From the IMG/VR virus record IMGVR_UViG_3300027969_000041: 64,000 nucleotides of DNA; one strand, given 5' to 3'. The notes under the pieces were generated by a model. It ran no database searches. It was not told the DNA's origin and saw nothing but the letters and a program-made list of their open reading frames with translations. Below are positions 1 to 9,980 of the stretch, one piece after another. The stretch's first letter is position 1. Each line of letters begins with the position of its first letter. Both the position numbers and the translations under genes were made by a program. Origin of the DNA: a virus (Duplodnaviria > Caudoviricetes).

Positions 1-3000
1 ACCTGCAAAGTTGCCTTGTGGTCCCCATGGATCATCGTTTGCTGATTCACCTTGCTGTTTTTGTTTTTCGGCCCATTGCTTTTCAAACTCTGCTTTTGCT
101 TGTGCAGCTCTTTCTTTACTTGCGTCGGACTTTTGTTTTTGTTGATCCCAAGCCTTGCCTAATTTTGCGGCAGCACTTGTACGAGTAGTCTCAGTAAGTC
201 GAGGGCGAATTAATGCTGTGGATAATCTTTCAGCAACTGGTTGTGCTACCGGAGCAGGTTGTTGTACTGCGGGTTGTTGTGCAGGTTGTTGTGCTGGTGG
301 TTGTATTTGCATCTTATTCCCCGAAATGTCCATTAAATGTTTAATCCAGTTTGGTGGAAGTTTTTGAGCACCATAATTTCCGCCGTTAAATCCGTTATTC
401 CAAAAAGCAAATTTTTGTTCTGCTGTTTCAGTAGGAACCCATTTGCCCTTGGTTACCTCTACAGAACTTTGAGATAGTGCTTGACGCATTTTGGTAAAAC
501 TCATACCGCTGCCGCCAGCCGCTTCATCTCGTTCTGTAACTTCTACTTCTATTTTAACATGCTCGTACCCTGGAAACTTTCTAACTTTCATTAACGACGC
601 CCGGAACTGTTCGGCCATTGCTTTTCTGTCCTTACCTACTACTATCCAAACTGTATCGTATCTTGGAGGTTTTCCTGGTAGAGGATTAATCAATTCATGC
701 TTAATCTTTTGAAGTAAAGATCCGCCGTCGTGATCTACTGTTGAAATATTTTTAGCATATTGAGGATATAACTTATTCCATGTTTGTACTTTAACTGCTG
801 GAGGAATAGGATCATCCGGGCCTTCAGCATTGCCAATGAACAAATAAGGATCACCACCTGTTTTATTTGCCAGTGCAATAGCCTCACTAAACAGTTGTTG
901 ATGTCCCATGTGACCAACTAAACTACCGACAGCGACTACTGCTGTTTTACTTTCGCCCCTCGGGCGTTCTGTTCTGGCACTGGCCATAGCAGCGTTCTTA
1001 GCACTGATAACATCGCGCTGTTCTTGGCTAGTAACTTTGATAGGACCTAGGCGACTATTGATAACAATGCCTTCGTAGTCTTTGCCTAATATATCTTTAC
1101 CAATAATATTAGGATCTTCAATAATGGCTTTTTCTAATGACAGCTTAATAGGTTGTAGTTTTTCTTCAACTTCTCTTTTAAGTTGTTGACTTACACGATC
1201 ACGCTTGCCTGATGTATCACTGACAATCTGTTTTAATTCTTCGATGTTGTCCAATGGATTAATAAGTTCAGTAACATCCAGTCCTTCTTTTTGTGTAAGA
1301 CTATTATCAATAAACATTACACTACCACTGCTACCTACACTTAATAATTCTTTGATAAACTTATTAGAATCTTCTAGGTCTTCTCCTGTGCCAGCATCTG
1401 TGACACGGAATGGTACTAACGCAAGTTGTACACCTTCTGGTAATTTGTCATACTGTATACCTACAAATTTTAATTTACCTTCTGGAGTTTCTGTAGCAAA
1501 CGGCAAATACAATACTTCGCAGGTTACTTGTTTGTTAACTAAAAACTCCGCACCTAGTTTGCTGTCTACTAATTGAATAGCATTCATCATTTCGTTGAAT
1601 AGTTGATCAAACAACTGAGCACGACCTAGTATATCTGGATCAGTTGTACCTTTTTGTTTATGGTATGCTAGGAAACCTGCTTGATAGCGCGGCTCAGTAC
1701 GGCTAGTACCCATAAAAGGTTTGCCGTCTGCGTTCTTACCGAAGCGACCACCAAATCCATCTACTTTAACATTTAACGGAATATTCTGTAATCTAAAACT
1801 TCCATTACCGTCGCTTATTTCATCTAGTAGATCTAAAAAATCAGGTGCCTTTAGATCACGAAGGTGTGGCATACCTTTGCGTAGCTGTGCTTTAACTTCT
1901 GCTTCTGCTAATGGTTGAGCGGGCTTCTTGGCATTAAACGCAGCTTCATAATCTTTGGCCATTTGTAAAACTTGCTTACGCATGTTCTTCATACCTGTTT
2001 GGTCTAACAGATAATCTATGGCTGTCATTTTTGTTTTGAAATCAGTCGTTGGATCATCGGCATCGATCATTTGAGCGCCTTTGCCAAAGTTAATCTTTAA
2101 GAATTCATTAACTACAATTTGATGTTGATCGGGCGTAAAATATTGTTTCATTAATTCTACACTGCCAACAAAGCTGGCCATCATTTTAGTTTGATTGCCT
2201 TCGGCAGGTGTACCAAAGAACTGCTCAAATTGTAGACTCATGTCTTTGATATATTCACTGTCTTTTGGCTCCAACGGAACCATTACAGGAACACCGTTAA
2301 TTTCTAACGGAATATTTTCTTCTGGAGTAGGTTGGCGATATTTGGCACGAACCCCACCGCCTCCTACACTAGCTACAGCAAAACTAAAATTGGCATCGTG
2401 GAATGGCGGTGGCGGACTATCTAAATCTGCAACATACTCTTTGCCGTCGTCGCCTCCGAATATTCTAACACCCTTTTTCTTACCGGCACCTGTTACTTTA
2501 GCAATATATTTGTCAGTAGGAGCAACTTTGGCCAATGAACGATACAGCCATTGACGGAATACACCCTTCATACCTACTTCTAGATCTTCCCAAGCACTAC
2601 CATGACTTACCTGTGCCCATTCTGTAGGAATTTCAAATCCTCTAGCATCTGTGGTATAATCACTAAATTCTAAATCAACTTGTAAAGTAATAGGCGGTTC
2701 GTGTACTTGCCATAATGCTAACCATTGGTCACTTCCCTTTTTTGTACCTAACAATGTAGCACTACCAATATTAGCGCCGATGTTTTTATGTACAAATTCT
2801 TCTATCTGTGGTTCTAATCTGCGATCAATTTGTGTATCAATGTCGCCGACTTTTTTCTTTACACGTTGAAAGTCTTTGTCAGCGACGCCAATCTCTTTTG
2901 GGTTAGTATCTGACTCGGGCTGATTTGGATTAAATCTAGGATTTGGTTGACGCAACTGCATAAACCATTTACTGCTTCCGCTAATAAATGTTTCTACTTC

Positions 3001-3243
3001 TTTTTCAATTAACTCTGGACTCCAAATTGGTCTGCCGTATTGTTTAGTGAATAAGTTATTGATATCGACTAATAGTTGTTTTACCGCAGGCTGCATAGCG
3101 GCACGGTTCTTTGAATCTATTTTACCTGCACTATAGGTGCCTGGCACGCCGGTCCATCCAACAGTAGGTGTACCTGCAGCAGTATGACTGGCAAGGTTAC
3201 CGCCTTCGTTGATTTGTTTTTTGAATATATCCCTCAGTATCAT
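1..3243 (-). CDS. Large multidomain nucleotidyltransferase (Pol-beta-like NTase + KxDG ligase/capping-like domain + HxGH cytidylyltransferase-like domain); 3' end beyond window
   Basis: Manually translated open frame from ATG 3243 to base 1 (1081 codons, no stop; not in ORF track). Motifs: GSS (2971-2979), GDID (2836-2847), KVDG (1756-1767), EGIV (1063-1074), HMGH (901-912), VVGKDR, GMSFTKMR. Confidence 0.85.
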   Translation of the reverse strand, partial: MILRDIFKKQINEGGNLASHTAAGTPTVGWTGVPGTYSAGKIDSKNRAAMQPAVKQLLVDINNLFTKQYGRPIWSPELIEKEVETFISGSSKWFMQLRQPNPRFNPNQPESDTNPKEIGVADKDFQRVKKKVGDIDTQIDRRLEPQIEEFVHKNIGANIGSATLLGTKKGSDQWLALWQVHEPPITLQVDLEFSDYTTDARGFEIPTEWAQVSHGSAWEDLEVGMKGVFRQWLYRSLAKVAPTDKYIAKVTGAGKKKGVRIFGGDDGKEYVADLDSPPPPFHDANFSFAVASVGGGGVRAKYRQPTPEENIPLEINGVPVMVPLEPKDSEYIKDMSLQFEQFFGTPAEGNQTKMMASFVGSVELMKQYFTPDQHQIVVNEFLKINFGKGAQMIDADDPTTDFKTKMTAIDYLLDQTGMKNMRKQVLQMAKDYEAAFNAKKPAQPLAEAEVKAQLRKGMPHLRDLKAPDFLDLLDEISDGNGSFRLQNIPLNVKVDGFGGRFGKNADGKPFMGTSRTEPRYQAGFLAYHKQKGTTDPDILGRAQLFDQLFNEMMNAIQLVDSKLGAEFLVNKQVTCEVLYLPFATETPEGKLKFVGIQYDKLPEGVQLALVPFRVTDAGTGEDLEDSNKFIKELLSVGSSGSVMFIDNSLTQKEGLDVTELINPLDNIEELKQIVSDTSGKRDRVSQQLKREVEEKLQPIKLSLEKAIIEDPNIIGKDILGKDYEGIVINSRLGPIKVTSQEQRDVISAKNAAMASARTERPRGESKTAVVAVGSLVGHMGHQQLFSEAIALANKTGGDPYLFIGNAEGPDDPIPPAVKVQTWNKLYPQYAKNISTVDHDGGSLLQKIKHELINPLPGKPPRYDTVWIVVGKDRKAMAEQFRASLMKVRKFPGYEHVKIEVEVTERDEAAGGSGMSFTKMRQALSQSSVEVTKGKWVPTETAEQKFAFWNNGFNGGNYGAQKLPPNWIKHLMDISGNKMQIQPPAQQPAQQPAVQQPAPVAQPVAERLSTALIRPRLTETTRTSAAAKLGKAWDQQKQKSDASKERAAQAKAEFEKQWAEKQKQQGESANDDPWGPQGNFAG

Positions 3244-3244
3244 G

Positions 3245-3619
3245 TTAGCGTCCTAACTTGTACTTATCTTTGACTACATCTTCACGGAAGTGATTGAATA
3301 ACTTTTCGCAGAGTTCTTTGCGTAATTCTTCTGTGAATGTTTTTTCAGGACGACCTGTTAACTTTTTGTGATGATAGTATTCCATGCAACCTTTGTTAAC
3401 CATAGGTAAGAATTCTTTAATACATTGTTCTTTGTCTAACTCTTCTTTCATACTCTGATGCTTCATCTTTTTTGCAATGGGCAAGGCATAGTCTTTGTGT
3501 AGTTTATCGTGATCTAGAATGTACCAAAATAGGTCATCGTGCATCTCTTTGTCGTCACTATTTTTAGACATCTCTTTGCTGATATCTATTGTTTTTCCAA
3601 AAAATTCATTTAATAACAT
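3245..3619 (-). CDS. Hypothetical protein (possible virion/head protein)
   Basis: 124-aa ORF ending 1 nt before the next start; TAAATA core upstream at 3673-3678. Confidence 0.75.
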   Translation of the reverse strand: MLLNEFFGKTIDISKEMSKNSDDKEMHDDLFWYILDHDKLHKDYALPIAKKMKHQSMKEELDKEQCIKEFLPMVNKGCMEYYHHKKLTGRPEKTFTEELRKELCEKLFNHFREDVVKDKYKLGR

Positions 3620-3701
3620 ATAATTAATATACCTAGATTTCGTGAGAACAGGATATACTCTCTCGTATAGAGTATTTATTACAAGTTGATCAAACGGAAA
3701 T

Positions 3702-4097
3702 TTAGTGATTGACTAGTACTGATTGTACAGTACCAGCATTTATTTGAACTTTGCCACGAACCCACACAAAATTGCCTGTAAAATTAAAGCAATCTACTGT
3801 GCTAGTAGACCTATTATCTATTAATCTATATGAAACTCTTGTATCTATTATATCGAACCAGTCAGTAGCTACAGGCTCAGATGCAAGGGTTGCTTGGGTT
3901 GTCATAGTACCAACAAACAAAGGAGAAGCAGTATACATAACAGTATGCATGCCATCGCCGCTACTAAAATATCCGTCGCCTTTGACTTTATCACTGACAT
4001 ATACTAGTGTAGTTGTGGCGGTGTTTGGATAAACAACCTGTACAGACGGGTTGCCGTTGGTGTTTGTAAAAAGAAAAGTTTGACTTAGTGCTGGCAT
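3702..4097 (-). CDS. Hypothetical beta-rich protein, probably structural
   Basis: 131-aa T/V/S-rich ORF; TAAATA core at 4107-4112. Confidence 0.7.
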   Translation of the reverse strand: MPALSQTFLFTNTNGNPSVQVVYPNTATTTLVYVSDKVKGDGYFSSGDGMHTVMYTASPLFVGTMTTQATLASEPVATDWFDIIDTRVSYRLIDNRSTSTVDCFNFTGNFVWVRGKVQINAGTVQSVLVNH

Positions 4098-4109
4098 AGT
4101 AAAGTATAT

Positions 4110-4781
4110 TTATGCCACTATTAGGTTCTCTCTTAGTACATATTCTTCTACAACCCGAACATTATTACCTAAAAATAGACCAAACATGGCCAGTGTTTTA
4201 TCATCCTCAACATACATAAATGGTGCTTGTACATAGGCGTTTCTGCCAGATAACCATCTACTTGTAGAGTCTGCAATAGATATACTGCTGCCATATTTTT
4301 TAGCCCATTCTAAGAACTTAGGTCTAGAATCTAATGGCATGTTTGGTCTAAAGTTTATCTTGTATCTATATTTGTCATACGGAAAATTACTACAAATAAC
4401 TTTCTTTTTACCACTGGACAGCATGAATTCTAGTTCTTCGTCGCTATCTGGCCCTGTAACTGCTTTGAGCCATTTGCCCATGTCTTTAACGATAGCATCT
4501 TTTAATTCACGATCCTTGCAAAAGAAGTTAAAATGACTTCCCTCTGCACGAATCTGTAAATCCTTGTCTAGATAAGGTTCAACTACATTTAAAAATTCAA
4601 TCACACAGGCTTTTTCCTGATCGGAGGATTTAACCCATGTGTTTGTTTTCTGTGCTGCCCAATGTCTAGTGCCTTCTGCGCCAAGCCTAATAATCATACT
4701 AGACCTAGTTAGGATACATTCAATCTTAAAAGGCCACTTACCGTAGTAGAGCTTATTGATTTTCTGCTTCAGCCGGCTCAT
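4110..4781 (-). CDS. Hypothetical protein
   Basis: 223-aa ORF overlapping the clpA stop. Confidence 0.75.
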   Translation of the reverse strand: MSRLKQKINKLYYGKWPFKIECILTRSSMIIRLGAEGTRHWAAQKTNTWVKSSDQEKACVIEFLNVVEPYLDKDLQIRAEGSHFNFFCKDRELKDAIVKDMGKWLKAVTGPDSDEELEFMLSSGKKKVICSNFPYDKYRYKINFRPNMPLDSRPKFLEWAKKYGSSISIADSTSRWLSGRNAYVQAPFMYVEDDKTLAMFGLFLGNNVRVVEEYVLRENLIVA

Positions 4782-7032
4782 CTTTGACCTTCATAATAGG
4801 CATAATATCAATGATATTAAGTTTTAGCTCGTTATTTGCAACTGTGACTTCGACTACGCCACCGTTAATTAACTTACCAAACAATATCTCTTTACTCAGA
4901 GGCTTTTTAATCATTTCATCAATAGTACGTTGCAGTGGGCGAGCACCCATCTTACTGTCAAACCCTTTGCTGATCAAGTACTCAACTGCTTCTGTGTTAG
5001 GTTTAACATGGATATTCTTATCTTTGACTAATGCATTAAGTTCGTCGATAAACTTCTTAACAATTTTAATCATTGTTTGTTGATCTAACTTGCCAAACTT
5101 GATAACACCATCTAACCGATTACGGAATTCTGGAGCAAAGAACTTATTAACAGCGTCTTTCGGATCGCTATCGCGTTCCAAACTGCCAAAGCCGACGCTG
5201 TTCTTTTCAGCATCGGCAGCACCTAAGTTACTGGTTAGAATAACAATGGCATTACGACCATCTGCTTTCTTACCATTACTGCCGGTGATAAAACCGTTAT
5301 CCATTAATTGTAATAAAATAGTCAACACATCTGGGTGTGCTTTTTCAACTTCGTCTAGTAATAGTACACAGTTAGGGCTTTCTTGCAAGCTGGTAATCAG
5401 CTGACCAGCATTGTCGTCAAACCCTACATAGCCCGGAGGAGCACCGATGAACTTGGCAACACTGTGTTTCTCTTGAAATTCACTCATATCAAATCGTACA
5501 AGTTTGGTATTAAGATTTGCAGCCAGTTGTTTGGCAGCTTCTGTTTTGCCTACACCCGTCGGGCCTACAAATAAGAAGCTACCAATAGGTTTGTTAGGTG
5601 ATTTTAAACCTGCTTGTGCAATAAACACTTTATCCAACAATGTTTCGATGGCTTTTTCCTGACCATAGACCTTGGCTTTCATGTTCTTTTCTAGAGTTGC
5701 TAGATTAGCACCTTCTTTATTTGTTAGTTGTTCAACTGGCAATCCAGCAATACGACTAACTTCGAACAAAATTTCTTCATGATCAACAACACCGTCTTCT
5801 TGATCTTTGACTTTAAATCTAGCACAGGCACAGTCGATTAAGTCAATTGCTTTATCGGGCAACTTCTTATCGCTCATATACTTGATAGAATATTTTACAC
5901 TGTCAATAATTGCTTGATTAGTGATCTTAACACCGTGATGTTTTTCGTAATACTTCTTAAGACCTTTAATAATCTTAATAGCAGTTGCTTCGTTAGGCTC
6001 ATCTATGGTAACACGCTGGAATCGACGCATTAATGCACGATCCTTTTCAAAGTGTTTACGATATTCTTCCCATGTGGTACTTGCTACAACTTTAATTGTT
6101 CCTTTACCTAGAGCAGATTTAAGCATATTGGCCATATCGTTGCTACTACCGTTGGCTGCTCCAGCCCCATTCATCATGTGTGCTTCGTCTATGAACAAGA
6201 TACACTTGCCTTTTTTCTCAATAGCCCCAATAACAGTTTTGAGTCTTTCTTCAAAATCACCACGATACTTGCTGCCTGCAAGCATAGCACTAATGTCTAG
6301 GCTATAAACAGTATGGTCCTGAATAAACTTAGGCACATTACCTTCAACAATCTTACGGGCAAGCCCTTCTGCGATGGCAGTTTTACCCACACCTGGATCA
6401 CCAATCATAATAGCATTGGCTTTTGTACGGCGAGCAAGTACTAGTTGAATATCTTCAATCTCTTTTTCGCGACCAATAACAGGGTCAATCTTTCTATTCT
6501 TTGCTTTAGCTGTAAGATTAGTACAGAATTGTACAATCATCTTTTCTAGTTGTGCAGTTTGTCGAGATATACCCGGATCATCTGTAACTTGTTCTTCTTT
6601 GATAATTTCTTTCTTAATAAAACTAATGAATTGATCTTTGTCAATGTTAGCTTTACGAACAAAGTAACTAGCATGACTCTTTTTTTCTGCAAACATACTA
6701 ATAAAACAATCAGCAGGTTCGATAATTTGACGACCACTAAACAATACATGTGTGAACGCACGATTTAACATGCGGTCTACTGTGCTGGTCTTTTTAGGTT
6801 TTTCAGTATCAGCGTTGACAATTTCTTTTAGTTCATTAGAAATATATTGTTCGACATCGTCTTTTAAGACCTTGACATCTGTTCCGAAAGAAGTTAGTAG
6901 TTTTACAAACGATTCGTTATTCAGCATACTGAATAAAAAATGTTCTAGTGTAACGTACTCGTGACTATTCACACTGGCTACTTGTACAGCCTTTTCAAAG
7001 ATTTCTTCTAGGTCTTTATTTGGTTCTAACAT
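4753..7032 (-). CDS. clpA: ATP-dependent Clp protease ATP-binding subunit ClpA
   Basis: N-domain HEYVTLEH; two AAA+ modules ([14 protein letters not shown] and [17 protein letters not shown]); [10 protein letters not shown]; GARPL; lacks the long ClpB middle coiled coil. Confidence 0.93.
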   Translation of the reverse strand: MLEPNKDLEEIFEKAVQVASVNSHEYVTLEHFLFSMLNNESFVKLLTSFGTDVKVLKDDVEQYISNELKEIVNADTEKPKKTSTVDRMLNRAFTHVLFSGRQIIEPADCFISMFAEKKSHASYFVRKANIDKDQFISFIKKEIIKEEQVTDDPGISRQTAQLEKMIVQFCTNLTAKAKNRKIDPVIGREKEIEDIQLVLARRTKANAIMIGDPGVGKTAIAEGLARKIVEGNVPKFIQDHTVYSLDISAMLAGSKYRGDFEERLKTVIGAIEKKGKCILFIDEAHMMNGAGAANGSSNDMANMLKSALGKGTIKVVASTTWEEYRKHFEKDRALMRRFQRVTIDEPNEATAIKIIKGLKKYYEKHHGVKITNQAIIDSVKYSIKYMSDKKLPDKAIDLIDCACARFKVKDQEDGVVDHEEILFEVSRIAGLPVEQLTNKEGANLATLEKNMKAKVYGQEKAIETLLDKVFIAQAGLKSPNKPIGSFLFVGPTGVGKTEAAKQLAANLNTKLVRFDMSEFQEKHSVAKFIGAPPGYVGFDDNAGQLITSLQESPNCVLLLDEVEKAHPDVLTILLQLMDNGFITGSNGKKADGRNAIVILTSNLGAADAEKNSVGFGSLERDSDPKDAVNKFFAPEFRNRLDGVIKFGKLDQQTMIKIVKKFIDELNALVKDKNIHVKPNTEAVEYLISKGFDSKMGARPLQRTIDEMIKKPLSKEILFGKLINGGVVEVTVANNELKLNIIDIMPIMKVKDEPAEAENQ

Positions 7033-7532
7033 TAACGATATTTCCTTTTTTGTGTTTTCTTAACTGCCAGTGCCCATTTAAGGGTACTAACACGATCTTG
7101 GAATACAATACCTTCTAAATGATCTAATTCATGTAAGAAGCATTTGCAATTATATCCGTCAAATTCACTTTCTTGCCACTCACCCTTGGAGTTTTGCCAG
7201 CGAGCAAGTATTTTCTTAGGACGCTTTATATTAACATAAATGCCGGGGAAACTCAAACATCCTTCCTCCACATCTTCTACTATATCTACAGTAGCAACAA
7301 CCATTGGATTGAAGAATGCCTGTGCGGCATCGGGGTAGTCTCTGTGTCCCATAACAAACATACGAGCAGGGATTCCGACTTGATTTGCGGCAAGTCCAAT
7401 GCCGTCATGTGCCAGCATTGTTTTGATCATATCTTTTTCTAACTGTACTGGATCTAGACTAGGATTAGAAAAATCAAATTCGGGTAATTGTTCTCTTAAT
7501 AACGGAGAAGGAAATTTATGTATGTGTAACAT
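7032..7532 (-). CDS. def: Peptide deformylase
   Basis: GIGLAANQVG, EGCLS and HELDHLEG motifs. Confidence 0.96.
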   Translation of the reverse strand: MLHIHKFPSPLLREQLPEFDFSNPSLDPVQLEKDMIKTMLAHDGIGLAANQVGIPARMFVMGHRDYPDAAQAFFNPMVVATVDIVEDVEEGCLSFPGIYVNIKRPKKILARWQNSKGEWQESEFDGYNCKCFLHELDHLEGIVFQDRVSTLKWALAVKKTQKRKYR

Positions 7533-7537
7533 ATTAT

Positions 7538-8356
7538 TTAAGAGAAAAGTTGTTTAATAATATCACGTTGATACTCGTTTAATGTTGGTACTGTTATGTT
7601 AAGTTGAATTAACATACGACCTTTAAAACGATGATCGCTAATATGTGGCATACCGTAACCATTTGCTGCCAACATTTGTCCTGGTTGTGTTCCCGGCTTA
7701 ACTTCTATTTCTAAAGTCTTGCCATCTATTGTATCTACGGTAATAGTTTTACCTATCATTGCATCGATACAGCTAACATCTATAGACCTAATTAAATCGT
7801 CACCTTGTCGAGTGAATATTGGGTGCGGATATATATGAACACTAAGATGAATATCACCTCGGGGTATATTTGGAATACTATCATCGCCCATGCTAGCTAA
7901 TCGCAGAGTTGTTCCGTCTTGCACACCTGCAGGAATTTTAACATCAATTAACTGTTCTTTACCGCTGGGTAATACAATATTTGCCATTAGGTCCTTGCCA
8001 CTGAACGCTTCTTCTAAAGAGATGTCGGTTCGCATATTCAATGTTCGGTTGCGTTGTTGTCTACGCCCTCCAAACATATCTCCAAATGGTCCTCCTCCAA
8101 AAGCATTGAATATATCTTCAAAGCCCGGGGGCATTCCTCCTCCGAATTGCTGGAATCCTTGAGGCATGGGATTATCGTATTGTTGTCGTTTTTGCGGATC
8201 ACTGAGTGTGCGATATGCTTCTTCAACTTCTTGAAATTTAGCTGTATCACCACCTCTATCCGGATGATGGTTTGCCGCCATCTTTCGATAGGCCCGTTTA
8301 ATTTCGTCTGGTGTAGCGCCTCGATTAACGCCTAATGTTTGATAAAAGTCTGTCAT
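7538..8356 (-). CDS. dnaJ: DnaJ/CbpA-like co-chaperone (J domain + G/F region + C-terminal domain, no Zn finger)
   Basis: YQTLGV...HPD motif, G/F-rich linker, C-terminal KIPAGV and GDL elements. Confidence 0.92.
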   Translation of the reverse strand: MTDFYQTLGVNRGATPDEIKRAYRKMAANHHPDRGGDTAKFQEVEEAYRTLSDPQKRQQYDNPMPQGFQQFGGGMPPGFEDIFNAFGGGPFGDMFGGRRQQRNRTLNMRTDISLEEAFSGKDLMANIVLPSGKEQLIDVKIPAGVQDGTTLRLASMGDDSIPNIPRGDIHLSVHIYPHPIFTRQGDDLIRSIDVSCIDAMIGKTITVDTIDGKTLEIEVKPGTQPGQMLAANGYGMPHISDHRFKGRMLIQLNITVPTLNEYQRDIIKQLFS

Positions 8357-8377
8357 AATTGAAAAAAGGTATAGTAA

Positions 8378-8406
8378 ATTATACTATACCTTTTGGGCAA
8401 TGTCAA
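8378..8406 (-). promoter_or_regulatory. sigma70-type promoter of the dnaJ-def-clpA operon, overlapping a 13-bp inverted repeat
   Basis: TTGACA-17 nt-TATAAT on the minus strand; arms 8364-8376 and 8382-8394. Confidence 0.85.
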
Positions 8407-8411
8407 GAATT

Positions 8412-8621
8412 TTATTTCTTAGCTGGCGGAACTTCTGTGCCCTCTAACTTTTTATGTACCTTAATTTTCTTGCAATCTTGTTTTGCTTTACCATCTTTAT
8501 CCAAAACTGGTTTACCAGCTTTGTCTACTTTATCGTGGCAAACTTCTTTTATTTCTGCTTCAGCAATTGCTGGACCGGATAAAAGTAAACATAGGCCTGC
8601 TACAAATATAATATTTTTCAT
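8412..8621 (-). CDS. Small secreted Lys-rich protein
   Basis: Sec-type signal peptide (MKNIIFVAGLCLLLSGPAIA), two Cys in the mature part. Confidence 0.75.
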   Translation of the reverse strand: MKNIIFVAGLCLLLSGPAIAEAEIKEVCHDKVDKAGKPVLDKDGKAKQDCKKIKVHKKLEGTEVPPAKK

Positions 8622-8633
8622 AATTTTAATTCC

Positions 8634-9188
8634 TTATAATAATGGTTGTGGTTCTTGGGCAGGAGCCGGCTTACCGCCAAATCCTGTTACGACTGCTGGT
8701 CCTGTTGAGATTGGAGTTGTCCCCCAGCTTGGTGTTGAATTAACTGGCCCACCCGCTGGCGCTCCAAATCCTGAATTGCTACCAAAGCCTGTTGGTGCTG
8801 GTGCTGGTGAATTAAAACCGCCGGGGTTGCCGAATCCTCCTGCTGACGGTTGGCCAAATGTTGCTGACCCGCTCTGAAATCCTGTTGCTGGTGTTTGTAG
8901 TCCGCCATTGTTGGCTCCTCCTAGTTTTTCTTGAGTACGACCAAATGCCGCAATACCTAATACAGCACCCATAGCAATATGGAATAGTCCTGCACCTTGA
9001 AGTGTTAAAGGATTCCATTGCGTGATATTAGTATGAGTGAAGGTCTGTAATAGACTCCATAAGATTGGAAATACAATCATGTCCATGGTACATACTAACA
9101 TGTACATCCAACCCATCATTGGACGCCATTTACTGTTCATCCAATCTTCTTTTTTTGATTCGCTTGCGCTTTTTACTTCTTCTGCCAT
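8634..9188 (-). CDS. Holin-like membrane protein with low-complexity FG-rich C-terminal tail
   Basis: WRPMMGWMY hydrophobic core resembling phage/GTA 3TM-holin family; lies in the lysis cassette. Confidence 0.7.
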   Translation of the reverse strand: MAEEVKSASESKKEDWMNSKWRPMMGWMYMLVCTMDMIVFPILWSLLQTFTHTNITQWNPLTLQGAGLFHIAMGAVLGIAAFGRTQEKLGGANNGGLQTPATGFQSGSATFGQPSAGGFGNPGGFNSPAPAPTGFGSNSGFGAPAGGPVNSTPSWGTTPISTGPAVVTGFGGKPAPAQEPQPLL

Positions 9189-9212
9189 TTGTCGCTCCTA
9201 GTGTTTGTTATG

Positions 9213-9776
9213 TTAGAACCAAAGGTATAAGCCGTTTAGACTTAATAGTATTCCGACGCCAGCAACTACAAAACTGCCCCAGAACATGGCTACACTAACT
9301 GCTAAAATACTTGCTGATAGTACAACAATGGCTAATTGATAGGCAGTGCTTGCATATCCAATCCAAGGGCTGGATTTTTTAGCCTCTTCGCGGGCAGCCT
9401 CCATTTCTCTTGCTTTAACAGCAATTTCTTTCTTGTCAGAATCCATGCGCTCTTTCTCAGCTTGGAATTCTGCTTTTAGTTTTGGATCAGCTGTTGTCTT
9501 TGCGGCAATTTCATATGTAACACCGCGACCTGCTTTGGCTTGATACTGTGCCCAAGTGTTATTAGCACCTAGTGTGTTGTTTAATACTGTGCTGGACAAT
9601 TTGCCACCATACCATGCGTTGACTGCCAGCAACAATGCGAATACGGAAATAACCATACCTGCTTTGTCTTTTAATTTTGCTTCACGCTCTGAACGTGAAC
9701 CTGCCGGTGGCTTAGGTGCATCCGGATCTTTTGCTTGTTTAGTTACTAAATTTAGTACTGAATCTATTAGTGCCAT
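9213..9776 (-). CDS. DUF4337-like membrane protein
   Basis: N-terminal TM, NNTWAQYQAK motif, coiled coil, two C-terminal TMs. Confidence 0.7.
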   Translation of the reverse strand: MALIDSVLNLVTKQAKDPDAPKPPAGSRSEREAKLKDKAGMVISVFALLLAVNAWYGGKLSSTVLNNTLGANNTWAQYQAKAGRGVTYEIAAKTTADPKLKAEFQAEKERMDSDKKEIAVKAREMEAAREEAKKSSPWIGYASTAYQLAIVVLSASILAVSVAMFWGSFVVAGVGILLSLNGLYLWF

Positions 9777-9791
9777 TTATTTTGCTCCTTA

Positions 9792-9980
9792 TTAAACTAC
9801 GGCCATTGCAATGTTACATGCTTGTACGACATATCTAAATAAAACTTCATTGCCTGCACATTCTTGAGCAGCACGAATATCTCTAATCTCTTGAAGTAGA
9901 TAATTTCTTTCATCTAAACTAATATTGCCCATTTGGCATTGTTCAGTGATACTTTGAATTTCTTGTTCTAACGGATGCAT
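9792..9980 (-). CDS. Hypothetical protein
   Basis: 62-aa ORF with TAATG overlap to the upstream gene. Confidence 0.7.
   Translation of the reverse strand: MHPLEQEIQSITEQCQMGNISLDERNYLLQEIRDIRAAQECAGNEVLFRYVVQACNIAMAVV

Noticed and set aside
8359-8877. 172-aa plus-strand ORF
   Set aside because: It is the antisense shadow of the holin tail and the secreted protein and starts within a promoter/terminator hairpin
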